A stretch of 64,000 bases of DNA from Methanobacteriota archaeon (GCA_963720465.1 OY970393.1:992001-1056000); one strand, 5' to 3'. Shown: positions 12,621 through 23,787, numbered from the stretch's first letter. The notes: generated from the letters alone by a model not told the origin. A program made the numbers and translations.

Positions 12621-13358
12621 ATGCAAAGCAAAATCGCTGATGCCATCAAGCTGCACCGCGGACCGGTCGCCATTCTGCTGACCGATCACAAACCCGAAAA
12701 CGCGTTGGAGTTCACGGAAGAAGGCGGACAAAAGACCCGCTGCATCATTCCGTTGTTTGTCGCCGCCATGAACGGGCGCACTGCGGTGCTCGAAAAAGAG
12801 ACTGTCCTCTGCCCAGGCGGGCAGGTGGGGCTCTGCTTCGGCCCCTATCAGCTAGGCTACATCGACTATTTCCTGTCAACCGGAAAGGAGGGGCAGTTCG
12901 AGGGCGAATACCGAAAGAAAACCCCCGAGCTCGTGCGGGAATTCATTGCGAACCTTCCCAAGATTTCCCTGCCGACGCGCTACGTGGTGATGAAACCGCT
13001 TAGCGAGGTCACCGACGGCGAAACTGTCGAGACTGCAATCGTCGTCTTCGTTGCGAACGCCGACCAGCTGTCCGCACTCGCGACCCTAGCAAACTTCGAC
13101 AGACCGACCAACGATAACGTCTCGACGCTGTTCGGTTCTGGATGCGGAAGCCTAGTGATGCAATTGCTCGATCAGGCGCGCGCCGAAAGTCCAAAGGCCG
13201 TCATCGGCCTCACCGACATTACCGCACGCAAATACCTTGACAAGAACGTGCTGTCCTTTAGCGTGCCCTTCAAGCGGTTCGTCGAGATGGAGGCAAACGT
13301 CGAAGGTAGCTTCCTCACGAAAGGCAAAGACTGGCCTCAGATCGCAAAACGACTCTAA
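12621..13358 (+). CDS. DUF169 family protein
   Basis: PVAILLTD, CPGGQVGLCFG, DQLSALATLAN, FGSGCGS, AVIGLTDITAR pattern. Confidence 0.75.
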   Translation: MQSKIADAIKLHRGPVAILLTDHKPENALEFTEEGGQKTRCIIPLFVAAMNGRTAVLEKETVLCPGGQVGLCFGPYQLGYIDYFLSTGKEGQFEGEYRKKTPELVREFIANLPKISLPTRYVVMKPLSEVTDGETVETAIVVFVANADQLSALATLANFDRPTNDNVSTLFGSGCGSLVMQLLDQARAESPKAVIGLTDITARKYLDKNVLSFSVPFKRFVEMEANVEGSFLTKGKDWPQIAKRL

Positions 13359-13568
13359 ATGTCTTGATTGTTAGAGAGCGATAAATCCTCCGCCGGGTTG
13401 CATTTCGTCATTATCTGCGTTACAACGTTGTGAATCAGAATGTACCCAGTGCTTTGTAGCGCCCGGCTTAGTTTTCACCCGCTTCTTATGTGAGCAATAA
13501 AGGCACGTATCGACGATCTCGCTGAAGCCTACATAAACTATATAGCGTACATTAAGCATTTGGCAGCG

Positions 13569-14228
13569 ATGCTCCTTTTTTTGCCGCCTGTCCATTTACC
13601 AATAGCGTCTGCATATCTCGGCGGATTCGACTACAATGCCACGCATTTCATCCGAGGACTCAATCACGGCGGCTTTCTCAATACGCTATTTTGGTGGGTC
13701 ACGTTCACGGGCAGCCTCACCTTCATGGTGCTCATTACGATCGCACTCTATCTCGCCGGTGCCCGCAAAGAAGCGCTCGTCTTCGCGCTCGTCTTCATAC
13801 TAGCAAATGCGGTCGGGTTCGGACTGAAGTACGCCATTGCACGTCCACGGCCGAGCGATTTGGGCGTCAAACCGGAAGCTGAGCCGTCGTTTCCGAGTGC
13901 GCACACCGCGAACGCCTTTGCATTCGCGACGACACTCTCGTCCTATCACCGAAAGTTCAGTGTCGTGTTGTTCGCGTGGGCCCTGCTCGTCGGCTTCAGT
14001 AGAGTCTACCTCGGCCTCCACTACGTAACCGACGTCATCGGAGGGGCCATCCTCGGCATCGTCGTAAGTCTTGTGGTGACCCGTGCGGCGAAGCGCGCCG
14101 ATGAAAAAATCTCTGGTATCGCCAGCACGCCGCCGCCACCGACCACCTGGCAAGGCGTGCTCAAACTGCCGATCGTGTTCATCTTGCAGCTCCTAAACGT
14201 CGCGTACGCTTTGATCAAACCGGCCTAA
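13569..14228 (+). CDS. PAP2 family phosphatase (membrane)
   Basis: KYAIARPRP, SFPSAH, SRVYLGLHYVTDVIGG. Confidence 0.92.
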   Translation: MLLFLPPVHLPIASAYLGGFDYNATHFIRGLNHGGFLNTLFWWVTFTGSLTFMVLITIALYLAGARKEALVFALVFILANAVGFGLKYAIARPRPSDLGVKPEAEPSFPSAHTANAFAFATTLSSYHRKFSVVLFAWALLVGFSRVYLGLHYVTDVIGGAILGIVVSLVVTRAAKRADEKISGIASTPPPPTTWQGVLKLPIVFILQLLNVAYALIKPA

Positions 14229-14499
14229 GCCGAAGATGTCGACAAGCCCTTGCCGAGATTGAGGGGGGTCTGTTCAAATCAAGCCGATCTTCAAAACCCT
14301 TTGCCCAGTGAATTTGAAACCTTCGCGATAAGGTCAATCACTTAGCTCGATAAATCTGCTAGTTGGTCGCCTTCAAGAGCCGCTTTCTCCAAAGAATATC
14401 ATAATCAACGGGGCAATACCACCCCCTTAAGTTCATGGCATGACAAGCCGGCGCGTTCCTCTACAGTTGTCCATTTTGAACTTCCGCCACCAAGCATAA

Positions 14500-14548
14500 T
14501 TATATATCCCGAGTAAGATAAGTAGGATTTGTAGGATTAGCACGATTA
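14500..14548 (+). promoter_or_regulatory. TATA box followed by four 9-bp tandem repeats (candidate AbrB operator)
   Basis: TTATATAT, then GTAAGATAA GTAGGATTT GTAGGATTA GCACGATTA at 14513-14548. Confidence 0.55.
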
Positions 14549-14571
14549 CGCGTACCCCTGGAGGGAAGATT

Positions 14572-14859
14572 GTGGACGATCAGATGCTTCGAAAGATGAA
14601 GTACTATGGGGACACCATAATTGGCGAGAAAGGTCAAGTCGTGATTCCAGTTGAACTGCGGAAACAACTTGGGATTGAAACGGGAGACCGTTTTCTGGTG
14701 ATGGGCAGCACAAGGATGGGTGCGTGGGGGTTCGTTCTCGTAAAAGCTGATGTGCTCTCACAACTGGTCCAAGAAATATTTGGTGGCAAACTCGAGGAGG
14801 TTCTCGGCCAGGAAGGGCGAGAAGACCACCATACGGAAACAGCGAACGAACGACACTGA
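14572..14859 (+). CDS. AbrB/MazE/SpoVT family DNA-binding protein
   Basis: YYGDTIIGEKGQVVIPVELRKQLGIETGDRFLV. Confidence 0.9.
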   Translation: MDDQMLRKMKYYGDTIIGEKGQVVIPVELRKQLGIETGDRFLVMGSTRMGAWGFVLVKADVLSQLVQEIFGGKLEEVLGQEGREDHHTETANERH

Positions 14860-14982
14860 AAAAAAGCTATGACACGTTTCCCGAACGTATACGCATTGGT
14901 TTGCAGACTCAACAAAAGCCTCTGGATGGTGCGCCCGTGCGCTTCCAATTGGGAAACCTCTAAATAGCTAAATATCTTATAG

Positions 14983-14998
14983 TATATCTTTAGATATA
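14983..14998. promoter_or_regulatory. perfect inverted repeat upstream of ABC transporter (candidate repressor site)
   Basis: TATATCT-TT-AGATATA, ending 17 nt before the ATG. Confidence 0.5.
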
Positions 14999-15015
14999 TC
15001 AATCGGGTTAATAAC

Positions 15016-16038
15016 ATGGCCGACGTTGCAATCAGAGCCACAAACCTCGTCAAGAAATTCCGCGACTTCGTCGCCGTAGATCATCTCTCCTTTGAAGTGA
15101 AGAAAGGCGAGATATTTGGTTTTTTGGGACCAAACGGCGCGGGCAAAACGACGACTATTCGGATGCTCTGCACACTGAGCAGCCCTACTGAAGGATCGGC
15201 GACCGTTGCCGGCTTCGACGTTGCTCATCAAGGTGACAAGGTACGCGAGCACATTGGACTCGTATCCGAAAAAATGATCATGTATGATCGGCTCACAGCG
15301 TATGAAAACCTGCGCTTGTTCGGCGAGCTCTACAATATCCCACGAAACGCCCTGCGTGAACGCATCGATGAACTGCTCAAGGTCGTTAATATGGAAAAGT
15401 GGGCAGACCATCAGATCGGCACGTTTTCGACCGGGATGAAGCAGCGCATCAATGTGATCCGCGCTCTCCTCAACGAGCCGGAGATCCTGTTCTTAGATGA
15501 GCCAACGCTCGGTCTCGATCCGCAATCCACGAACGAGATCCGCGACTTTGCGCGCAGCATCAACGAAGATGCTGGAACAACGATCATCTTAACAACGCAC
15601 GCCATGGCCGAAGCGGACATGCTCTGCGACCGGATTAGCATCGTCGATTACGGGAAGATCGTCGCGCTCGATACGCCGTCAAATTTGAAAAAAGTAATCA
15701 CCGGTGCCGATACGAGCGTCATTGAGCTCGACGTTCCAAACATTACGCCAACGCTTGTCTCGGACATTCAATCGCTGTCGTGCACGCAAACGGTCACGGT
15801 AGAAGACGAGACGCACATCAAGGTACACGCGTCGGGCGACGAGGCGTGCGTAAACGTCATTGATTCGGTGCGCTCAGGCGCAGGGCAGATTCGTTCCATT
15901 CGTAACGTTGAGCCAACACTGGAGGACGTGTTCCTCTATCTTACTGGCCACGAGGTGAGGGAACAGGTCGCCGATAAGGTTACCACAAAGGAACCGAGTT
16001 CTCGGCACGGACCGAGAGTGCAATCGAGGATACGGTAG
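15016..16038 (+). CDS. ABC exporter ATP-binding protein (DrrA-like)
   Basis: GPNGAGKTT, FSTGMKQR, LFLDEPT. Confidence 0.95.
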   Translation: MADVAIRATNLVKKFRDFVAVDHLSFEVKKGEIFGFLGPNGAGKTTTIRMLCTLSSPTEGSATVAGFDVAHQGDKVREHIGLVSEKMIMYDRLTAYENLRLFGELYNIPRNALRERIDELLKVVNMEKWADHQIGTFSTGMKQRINVIRALLNEPEILFLDEPTLGLDPQSTNEIRDFARSINEDAGTTIILTTHAMAEADMLCDRISIVDYGKIVALDTPSNLKKVITGADTSVIELDVPNITPTLVSDIQSLSCTQTVTVEDETHIKVHASGDEACVNVIDSVRSGAGQIRSIRNVEPTLEDVFLYLTGHEVREQVADKVTTKEPSSRHGPRVQSRIR

Positions 16039-16048
16039 GGGCTGTACT

Positions 16049-17242
16049 ATGGGAGTTAGAAGCGGTATTCGTCACGCGCTGTGGATCGCGTGGAAAGACT
16101 TGTTAGACATAAGCAGGAATCGCATGGGCCTTGTAATGCTCATCCTGATGCCCCTCTTCATGATGGGCATGGTCGGCTACATCTTCCCTTCAAATAGCGG
16201 CATGTCTAACGTCCCCGTTGCGCTCGTGAACCTTGACGCTGCGCAGGGCAATGCGTCCCTCAGCACGAAATTCGTCGCACAGCTCAATGCTCTGAACAAC
16301 AAGACCGGCATGATGGATCTCTCGACGGTCGGCAGCGCCGCCGACGTGAAATCGAACATTCAAAACGGCCAGCAGAGCGCGGGCATCATCATCGGAAGCA
16401 ATTTCACATCTAACCTTAAAACCGGTAAGCAAGCAGACGTGACCCTTGTCTTAGATCAGTCGAACCCTCAGACGGCATCTCTCATCGAGACGCAGCTCAC
16501 GCAAGCCATTGGACAAATGGGCACACAGACGGCCACGTATGGACTGAACCAGACGTATAAAACGCCGCTGAACTATTCGCTAGCTCAGGTGGCACCATAC
16601 AACGTCCAGACGACGGGCATCGTTCCAGGACAAACCACCAACTACTTCGAGTTCGTCGCGCCCGGCATCATGGGGATGGTCGTCATGATGTCGCTTATGA
16701 CCGGCCTCCCACATGCCATTTCGTTCGAGCGGGAGGTAGGTACCCTCGACGGCATGCTCGCCGCACCGGTGCACCGGATGTCGATACTGGGCGGAAAGGT
16801 CATCGCCCAGACAACGCGCGGTATGATGCAGGGGATCATCGTCCTTGCGCTTTCGATCGTTCTCTTTGGCGTGGTCGTACAAGGGAGTATCGCGCTCATC
16901 CTAGGAATCTTGCTCCTCGGCGTGTTCAGCCTTGTCGGCTTGGGCGTTCTCATCACCTCATTCACGAGTACCGAGGAGACCGCTACGATGATCATGATGA
17001 CGCTAACGTTTCCCATGATGTTCCTTAGCGGCGTCTTCTTCCCGATATCGCAGATGCCGCAGTTTATGCAGGTCATCGCGCAGTTCCTTCCGCTCACCTA
17101 CACGATTAGCGCGCTGCGACAAGTGGTAGTGCTCGGTGTGGGCGTACCAGCAATTTCAAGGGACATCGTCATACTCTTTGGTTTCGGGATCGTTCTGTTG
17201 TCAGCAGCGCTCGTTGCATTCGAGCATGCGATGAAACGATAG
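16049..17242 (+). CDS. ABC-2 type exporter permease
   Basis: N-terminal TM, extracellular domain, EREVGTL, FLSGVFFPISQMP, LPLTY. Confidence 0.93.
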   Translation: MGVRSGIRHALWIAWKDLLDISRNRMGLVMLILMPLFMMGMVGYIFPSNSGMSNVPVALVNLDAAQGNASLSTKFVAQLNALNNKTGMMDLSTVGSAADVKSNIQNGQQSAGIIIGSNFTSNLKTGKQADVTLVLDQSNPQTASLIETQLTQAIGQMGTQTATYGLNQTYKTPLNYSLAQVAPYNVQTTGIVPGQTTNYFEFVAPGIMGMVVMMSLMTGLPHAISFEREVGTLDGMLAAPVHRMSILGGKVIAQTTRGMMQGIIVLALSIVLFGVVVQGSIALILGILLLGVFSLVGLGVLITSFTSTEETATMIMMTLTFPMMFLSGVFFPISQMPQFMQVIAQFLPLTYTISALRQVVVLGVGVPAISRDIVILFGFGIVLLSAALVAFEHAMKR

Positions 17243-17911
17243 TGAACGGAGACACCAGCGCCCATCACAGCACCCCAAGCAGCTTTACGCCGTGGATACG
17301 CAGCGCGATCGCATCAAATCCTGCTTCTCGTTTCGACATATGGAAAGAGGCGATCGCACGCGACAAGCGAAGAGCCGCACCTAAGGATCAGACAGTAATG
17401 CTCGATGCGTCGATACGTGTTTGCGTCTGCGACGGCGCACGCAGGCCGCCGTGGCCCTTAACGCGCTCGATCGTAAAGAGCTGGAACGCCCAATATCACC
17501 ACCACCGCCGTCTTCCAAACCCGCACAACAGTGAGCGCCGTGCTCTCGGTGCGACGTGCCCGAAATGACCGGATGGCGAATTAAGAAGGTGCCGCAGGTG
17601 ATGAAAATACTTGCCGCGAGGACGCTTGCCACGGAGCGGCTTCAGTGAAACGAGGAAGCCGCGCGCCTGTGCGCGCGGGTCCCTAGTAACGTTACGCCCG
17701 CTTTTCGCAGCTCATCGCTCCGTTCACACCTCACGTCATTATTTCATTCTAACGATGGCTGCTTTTCGCATTCATGTGTTTCTCTGCGCTCAGCGATTCT
17801 CAGCGGAAGCAAGTGGCAGCCTCACGGCCGCCGCGAGGTGTGACACGAAAAAGTCGTCACGCAAGCTTAAACACATCTAGAGCACGGTGTTCTGCAAGGA
17901 GGGGAAAAACT

Positions 17912-18100
17912 ATGATGCCTGAAAGCGTGACGCTCTATTATGGGCGCCTTGTTGGACGTTTAAACGAACTGCAGGCTCCAGAATGCTTAGAGTGTTCTCA
18001 GCGCCTAACGTGCGCTGTTTATCAAGTGCTCCACCCGGGTGACCAGAAGCACTGCATTGTCCCGTCTGATGAACCGCGACTCGAAGCGACAACAAAGTGA
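17912..18100 (+). CDS. small Cys-containing hypothetical protein
   Basis: AAGGAGG SD, ATG at 17912, 62 aa with CLECSQRLTC. Confidence 0.5.
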   Translation: MMPESVTLYYGRLVGRLNELQAPECLECSQRLTCAVYQVLHPGDQKHCIVPSDEPRLEATTK

Positions 18101-18330
18101 TACCGCTTTGTTAAGTGCGCTTGATAGTTCGCTGACTCGTATCTAGCCCAATGATCGCACGACTCCTTCATGAAGCTCGGACTCGTTAGTGCCGCAAGCT
18201 GGACTATGTTTTCGATGGGATGAAGAAAGGTCATCGATAGCATTCGTGTGACAACTGTAGATTGACTACCTCCAGCTAATCTGTCCTGAAGCAGGCGTTT
18301 TAAGATTGACAATCCATCGCAACCAGAGCT

Positions 18331-19009
18331 TCAGCTACGGCGGGTGACGCGTAATGCCAGAAACACGGCAGCAAGGGCACCAAGTGCGTACAACGCCTCA
18401 AAACCGGGAAGCGGATTTTGGCTACTTGCAGCTGCACTCGCTTGAGCGACGTTCGCTATAGAAGGACTCGCTCCTGCGGTCGCGCTCGATCCAGCGGTTG
18501 ACGCCGTGCGTGGCACGGCGCTGGGCGAGGGGCTTGCCGATGGCGCCCGTGACGTCTGCTGCCACGCGCTTTACGGTGACCGCATCGACGGCCTGCGCAC
18601 CTGGCGGCAGTTTCGTTATTGCCATTCGCTGCGCGGCGTAACCGCTCAGCGCAGTACTGGCGCTTTGATCAGCGACGACCGCGTCGATTTGGAACGTTTT
18701 GCCGACGCCAAATATGGTGCCTACTGAGAGGCGAGACGACCAGGTCGCATCACTCCGCACCGTGAGCGAGGGAGCTTGAGGATAGTACTTGCCCGCGGCC
18801 GGATCGTACGGCACGATCCAAAGCGAATACCCCTTTGAAAGCTGAGCTTTACCGCTTACGCTCTCCGTAGGCCCGGCCTTGCCGTTCTTTGGAGGCGAAC
18901 TGATCTGTACTACGCCTCCTTGTGTGCTTTGCGCGCTCGCCACGGTGCAGGCCGATGCGAGCAACAAGACGGTGACCAGCAGTAGAAGGGCCCATTTATA
19001 CGCGCTCAT
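18331..19009 (-). pseudogene. PGF-CTERM cell-surface protein split by a 1-nt frameshift
   Basis: Signal peptide in ORF 18422-19009; PLPGFEALYALGALAAVFLALRVTRRS in ORF 18331-18516; removing one base of the G4 run at 18529-18532 joins them. Confidence 0.8.
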
Positions 19010-19346
19010 ATTGACTCCTCCCATATACAAGCTGCTGATTATCAGATAAACCTTTTCACTTGGTTCGCTGCGGTGCCGTCCGATCTCGTGGTTGATAGAT
19101 CTACCCTCCAGACTTCCAAGTCAGTGCGACGAGCTGTAACCCATCCGCGCCCGCGCAGTTAATTATAATAGGTAGCGTTCCGACTAGTAGCTGGAAACTA
19201 TCCAACGGAAGGCCTCAAAAAACATTGGAGCGCCGCCGCTCTAAATTGACTAAACATCAAAGCAGTCAACGCGCTCTCATGCCGCTGTTTGAATGTCGGA
19301 GGCGCAGATCTCGGTACGAGGAGCAGCGATAAAAAGACCGTATCAC

Positions 19347-20756
19347 ATGACCACGGAAAGAACCGACGTTATCATAGGGCTCGAGGTGCACACTCAGCTC
19401 ACAACCCAATCGAAGCTGTTTTGCGGATGTTCAACGCGTTATCAAGACTCAGAGCCAAACACCCACACGTGTCCCATCTGTCTTGGGCTTCCGGGGAGTC
19501 TGCCGGTCGTCAACGAAATGGCAATCGTTTACGCCGAACGGGTCGCGAAAGCGCTCAACTGCTCGGTGCAACGGACGCAGTTCTATCGGAAGAACTACTA
19601 CTACCCGGACTTGCCGAAAGGCTTTCAAATCAGCCAGTACCACTTTCCGCTCGGAATAAATGGCTACTTGACAGTCGACAGCGCAGGGCGGGAGCGGAAG
19701 ATTCGGATCAGGCGCGTGCATTTGGAAGAAGATCCAGGGAAGCTCACGTACCGCGGAACCATCGAAAAGGCGCAGTACTCGCTCATAGATTATAATCGAT
19801 CCGGCGTGCCACTGCTTGAAGTGGTCACCGAGCCCGACCTTCGCGCCCCCAAGGAAGCGCGTCGCTTTTTGAACAAGTTGCGTAACATCCTTGAATATCT
19901 CGACGTCTTCGACGGCAACCTCGAAGGATCGCTTCGCGTCGACGCTAACATTTCGATCGCCGGCGGGCAACGGGCCGAAGTCAAAAACATCTCCTCATAC
20001 AAGGGCGTGGAAAAAGCGCTCCTGTTTGAGATCACCCGCCAGCGAAACTTGCTTCGAAGAGGTATCCATATCACGCAAGAAACGCGGCACTTCGACGAAG
20101 CGCGGGGCATCACAATTTCGCTCCGTTCAAAAGAGCAAGAACACGACTATCGGTACTTCCCCGAACCTGATCTTCTGCGCATCGACCCCGAACCGGTGGC
20201 CGAGCAGTTCCCGCAGCAAGTACAAGTCGAACTCCCCGACGCAAAACGTCACCGCTTCATCGAACAGTACAGAATTTCAGATTACCTTGCGAAAGTGCTC
20301 ACCTCGTCGAAGCCCTTGGCCGACTACTTCGAAATGGTCGCCGCACGCGTCGACCCGTCGGCTGCGGCAAGTTGGGCCGTTGACGTGCTCCAAGGCGAGC
20401 TGAACTACCGCGGGCTGACCCTTGACGCGTTTAGCCCCAACTTCTTAATCGATGTGATCACCAGCGTGACCGACGGAACCATTACTGAAAAGGCAGCCGT
20501 CGAGGTAATACGAACGGTCCTCGACACCGGGGGGACCCCTTGCGAGATCATCGACGCGCAGGCGCTCCACGCTGCCCCAATCGAACAGATCACCGCTGCC
20601 GTTAAGCAAGCGATCGAGGAGAACCCACAGGCCGTTGGCGACTATCACAGCGGCAAGAAAGGCGCGCTTAACTTCCTCGTCGGTCAGGTTATGAAGAAGA
20701 CACGCGGACGGGCTGATCCCACGCTCACCAATCGTCTTATTCGGGAGCAACTCTGA
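19347..20756 (+). CDS. gatB: Asp/Glu-tRNA amidotransferase subunit B
   Basis: [44 protein letters not shown]; likely start at 19347. Confidence 0.97.
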   Translation: MTTERTDVIIGLEVHTQLTTQSKLFCGCSTRYQDSEPNTHTCPICLGLPGSLPVVNEMAIVYAERVAKALNCSVQRTQFYRKNYYYPDLPKGFQISQYHFPLGINGYLTVDSAGRERKIRIRRVHLEEDPGKLTYRGTIEKAQYSLIDYNRSGVPLLEVVTEPDLRAPKEARRFLNKLRNILEYLDVFDGNLEGSLRVDANISIAGGQRAEVKNISSYKGVEKALLFEITRQRNLLRRGIHITQETRHFDEARGITISLRSKEQEHDYRYFPEPDLLRIDPEPVAEQFPQQVQVELPDAKRHRFIEQYRISDYLAKVLTSSKPLADYFEMVAARVDPSAAASWAVDVLQGELNYRGLTLDAFSPNFLIDVITSVTDGTITEKAAVEVIRTVLDTGGTPCEIIDAQALHAAPIEQITAAVKQAIEENPQAVGDYHSGKKGALNFLVGQVMKKTRGRADPTLTNRLIREQL

Positions 20757-22762
20757 TGCACCTCATCGTGACCGAGAAGGATATCGCGGCAAAGCGGATC
20801 GCTGAGATTCTCTCCGACGGCGGCGCATCGGCAACCAAAGTCGCCAGCGCTAACGCGTATCGCTTCGACAGCACGGTCGTGCTAGGCCTGAGGGGGCACA
20901 TCGTCAAGCTCGACTTCCCAGCGGAATACCGCGACTGGAAGACAAACCTTCACGACCTAATTCGGGCTGATGTCGTCACCGTTCCCACGCACAAGACTAT
21001 CGTGTCAGGACTCAAACGGGCCGCCAAAGAAGCCGATCGCGTGACCATTGCGACTGACTTTGACACGGAAGGCGAACTTATCGGTTTAGAGGCGTGCACG
21101 ATCGTCAAGTCGGTAAAGGACGTCGGGGTGGACCGCGTGCGGTTTAGTGCGATGACCCCCGTTGAGGTCAAGCGCGCGTTTCGCTCGCCAACCAGAATTG
21201 ACCTCAACCTCGCTCATTCCGGAGAAGCACGGCAGGCAGTGGACCTCATCTGGGGCGCTGCGCTCACGCGTTTCATATCGACGTCTGCGAAGCGACTCGG
21301 CAACCGTTTCTTATCTGCGGGACGTGTACAAAGTCCAACACTCGCGCTGATCGTTGATCGCGAGCGAAAAATTGCACAATTCGTGGCAGAGCCATACTGG
21401 GAAATATACATTGACCTCAGCACGAGCAGCGAAACGTTTCACGCAAAGCACCAAACAGACCGATTTCAAAACAAAGCGAGCGCAACGGCGGCGATACAAA
21501 ACATCGGCGACACGGCCACCGTCGTTACGTTTGCCAAAACCGAACGAGTGGACGCCCCCCCAAAACCCTTCAATACGACCGAGTTTCTCGCTGCAGCAAG
21601 CGCGCTTGGGATCTCAGCAAGCCGCGCTATGGAAACGGCGGAGCGCCTCTACACGGCAGGGTGGATAAGCTATCCGCGCACGGACAACACGGTTTATCCG
21701 AATGAGCTCGATCTCCGCCTCACAGTGAGCATGTTCAGAAGCGGTCCATTCGCTGAGAATGCTCGCTTGCTGCTACAAAAAGAGCAGCTTGTCGCCACCC
21801 GAGGTAAAAAGCAAACGACCGACCATCCGCCGATCTATCCGACGATGCGCGCCACACAAGCTGATCTCGAGCCACAAAGCTGGAAGGTGTATGAGCTCGT
21901 AGTGCGACGATTCTTTGCGACGCTCTCCGACCCGGCGCGATGGTGCACGAAAAAGGTCACGCTGGACTCTCGAGGGGAGCAGTTCAGAGCGACTGGGCTC
22001 GAACTTTCATATCGAGGCTGGCGCTATCACTACCCGTATGCACAGACGCAAGAGCGATACCTCCCTGACCTTCACGAAGGCGAAGTTGTCACTGTCACAA
22101 ACAAACAACTTGCGGAGAAGGAGACGCAGCCACCACAGCGATGGGGACAAGGCCAGTTGATCAAGAAGATGGACGAGCTCGGGTTGGGGACGAAAAGCAC
22201 CCGCCACGAGATCATCAAGAAGCTCGCTCAGCGGGGCTATGTCGACGTGAATCCCCTTCGTCCCACCGGTATCGCGTGCAGCGTCACACAATCGCTCGAG
22301 CGCTACGCTCCGACAATTACGAAACCTGAGATGACCCGACTTCTCGAGGAGGAGATGGAGAAGGTCAAAACGGGGACGCTGTCAAAGGAGTTTGTGGTAG
22401 TCAGCTCAAGGGACATTCTCGATAAGGTCTTGAGCACGCTCGATGAGCAACACGAAGAGATTAGCAAGTCGCTGCGAGAAGGGCTACGCGGAGATGCGAC
22501 CGTCGGGACATGCCCTCAGTGCAGCTCGGATCTCGTCGTGCGTCGCTCAAAACGCGGCGGACGGTTTGTAGGGTGCAGCGGGTATCCGAAGTGCACATTT
22601 GGACTCCCCCTGCCGAAATCAGGAAGGCTGCGCATAACTGCCCGCAAGTGCAAACAACACGACATGCGGCTTATCAAAGTACAAAGCGGCAAGCGATTTT
22701 GGGATCTCGGCTGCCCGCAATGCAACTACAGCAGCTGGATAGAGAAAAACAAAAGCGCGTAG
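20756..22762 (+). CDS. topA: DNA topoisomerase I (type IA)
   Basis: IVTEK, ATDFDTEGE, SAGRVQSPTL, ISYPRTD, C-terminal zinc ribbons. Confidence 0.97.
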   Translation: MHLIVTEKDIAAKRIAEILSDGGASATKVASANAYRFDSTVVLGLRGHIVKLDFPAEYRDWKTNLHDLIRADVVTVPTHKTIVSGLKRAAKEADRVTIATDFDTEGELIGLEACTIVKSVKDVGVDRVRFSAMTPVEVKRAFRSPTRIDLNLAHSGEARQAVDLIWGAALTRFISTSAKRLGNRFLSAGRVQSPTLALIVDRERKIAQFVAEPYWEIYIDLSTSSETFHAKHQTDRFQNKASATAAIQNIGDTATVVTFAKTERVDAPPKPFNTTEFLAAASALGISASRAMETAERLYTAGWISYPRTDNTVYPNELDLRLTVSMFRSGPFAENARLLLQKEQLVATRGKKQTTDHPPIYPTMRATQADLEPQSWKVYELVVRRFFATLSDPARWCTKKVTLDSRGEQFRATGLELSYRGWRYHYPYAQTQERYLPDLHEGEVVTVTNKQLAEKETQPPQRWGQGQLIKKMDELGLGTKSTRHEIIKKLAQRGYVDVNPLRPTGIACSVTQSLERYAPTITKPEMTRLLEEEMEKVKTGTLSKEFVVVSSRDILDKVLSTLDEQHEEISKSLREGLRGDATVGTCPQCSSDLVVRRSKRGGRFVGCSGYPKCTFGLPLPKSGRLRITARKCKQHDMRLIKVQSGKRFWDLGCPQCNYSSWIEKNKSA

Positions 22763-22800
22763 AAAGCAGGCTGGGTGCCGGATGTGGCCTGCGCAGGCGA

Positions 22801-23544
22801 TTAGTGCTGTATTACGCGGACAAAGCTTGCGATCTTGTTTTCGATGTCAACGTCCTCTTCGATTGCCGTGCCCGTTACGATGACATCCGCTCCCGCCTTC
22901 GCGAGCAACTCGGCCTGTTCGTCGGTGCGTATCCCGCCGCCTACGATGAGCCTTGTATCGTCTATGGCTGCTTTTACCGCCTTCACCATTTCGGGGGGGA
23001 CGGTATCGGGGACACCGGAACCTGCTTCAAGGTAGATCCATCGCATCCCAAGATATTTTCCTGCGAGCGCGTATGCGGCAGCGATCTCGGGTTTGTTGCG
23101 CGGAATCAAACGCGCATCACCTATCCAGCCAACAGTTCCCCCCGGTTCTACGATGATGTACGCTACTGGAATTGGCTCTATTCCGTAGCTCTTGACAAAC
23201 ACGGCGCCGAGCGCTTGGTTTGTACTGAGATACGCTGTGCTCCTAGAGTTCATAAGGCACAAGAAAAACATCGCGTCGGCCGTGGTACATACACTCCCTA
23301 CGTCTGAAGGGAAGATGATAGCAGGGACACGCGTGCTACCTTTGATCTCCGATACGGTGCACTCTATTCCACGTCCGCCGACGCCTACAGAGCCTCCCAC
23401 AAGAACCGCAGTGGTACCTCCAGCCGTGGCGCCCCGTGCAATTCGTGCGGCTTCCTCTGGCGACTGTGAGTCGGGATCGATAAGCGTTAGATGTATCGTT
23501 CCTTCTCGGCTGATCGCCTCTTCAAGGTGCTGCTCGATCCTCAA
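22801..23544 (-). CDS. geranylgeranylglyceryl phosphate synthase
   Basis: HLTLIDPD, VGGS, YLEAGSG, VGGGIR. Confidence 0.95.
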   Translation of the reverse strand: MRIEQHLEEAISREGTIHLTLIDPDSQSPEEAARIARGATAGGTTAVLVGGSVGVGGRGIECTVSEIKGSTRVPAIIFPSDVGSVCTTADAMFFLCLMNSRSTAYLSTNQALGAVFVKSYGIEPIPVAYIIVEPGGTVGWIGDARLIPRNKPEIAAAYALAGKYLGMRWIYLEAGSGVPDTVPPEMVKAVKAAIDDTRLIVGGGIRTDEQAELLAKAGADVIVTGTAIEEDVDIENKIASFVRVIQH

Positions 23545-23548
23545 TCGA

Positions 23549-23695
23549 CTAACCCCTTCGTTCCTTCGACTTGACCCTCAGATTTTTGTAACCACATTTC
23601 CTGCATCGAGTCGCCCGTGGCGGGTTGCGGGCGTTACACCGCATGCAGATTTTGATATTAAGCAACCTTTTTTCAGCTTCTGGAAAACGTGCCAT
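23549..23695 (-). CDS. rpl40e: 50S ribosomal protein L40e
   Basis: Manual translation [48 protein letters not shown] (48 aa, below the ORF-track cutoff). Confidence 0.96.
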   Translation of the reverse strand: MARFPEAEKRLLNIKICMRCNARNPPRATRCRKCGYKNLRVKSKERRG

Positions 23696-23787
23696 CAGAT
23701 GTACCTCTCACGTCGGTAGAACCATACGCCTAACAGCATTTAATCTTTCTGTTTGCGTTAACCGCAAGAACGCGGATAAGAAGTCAT

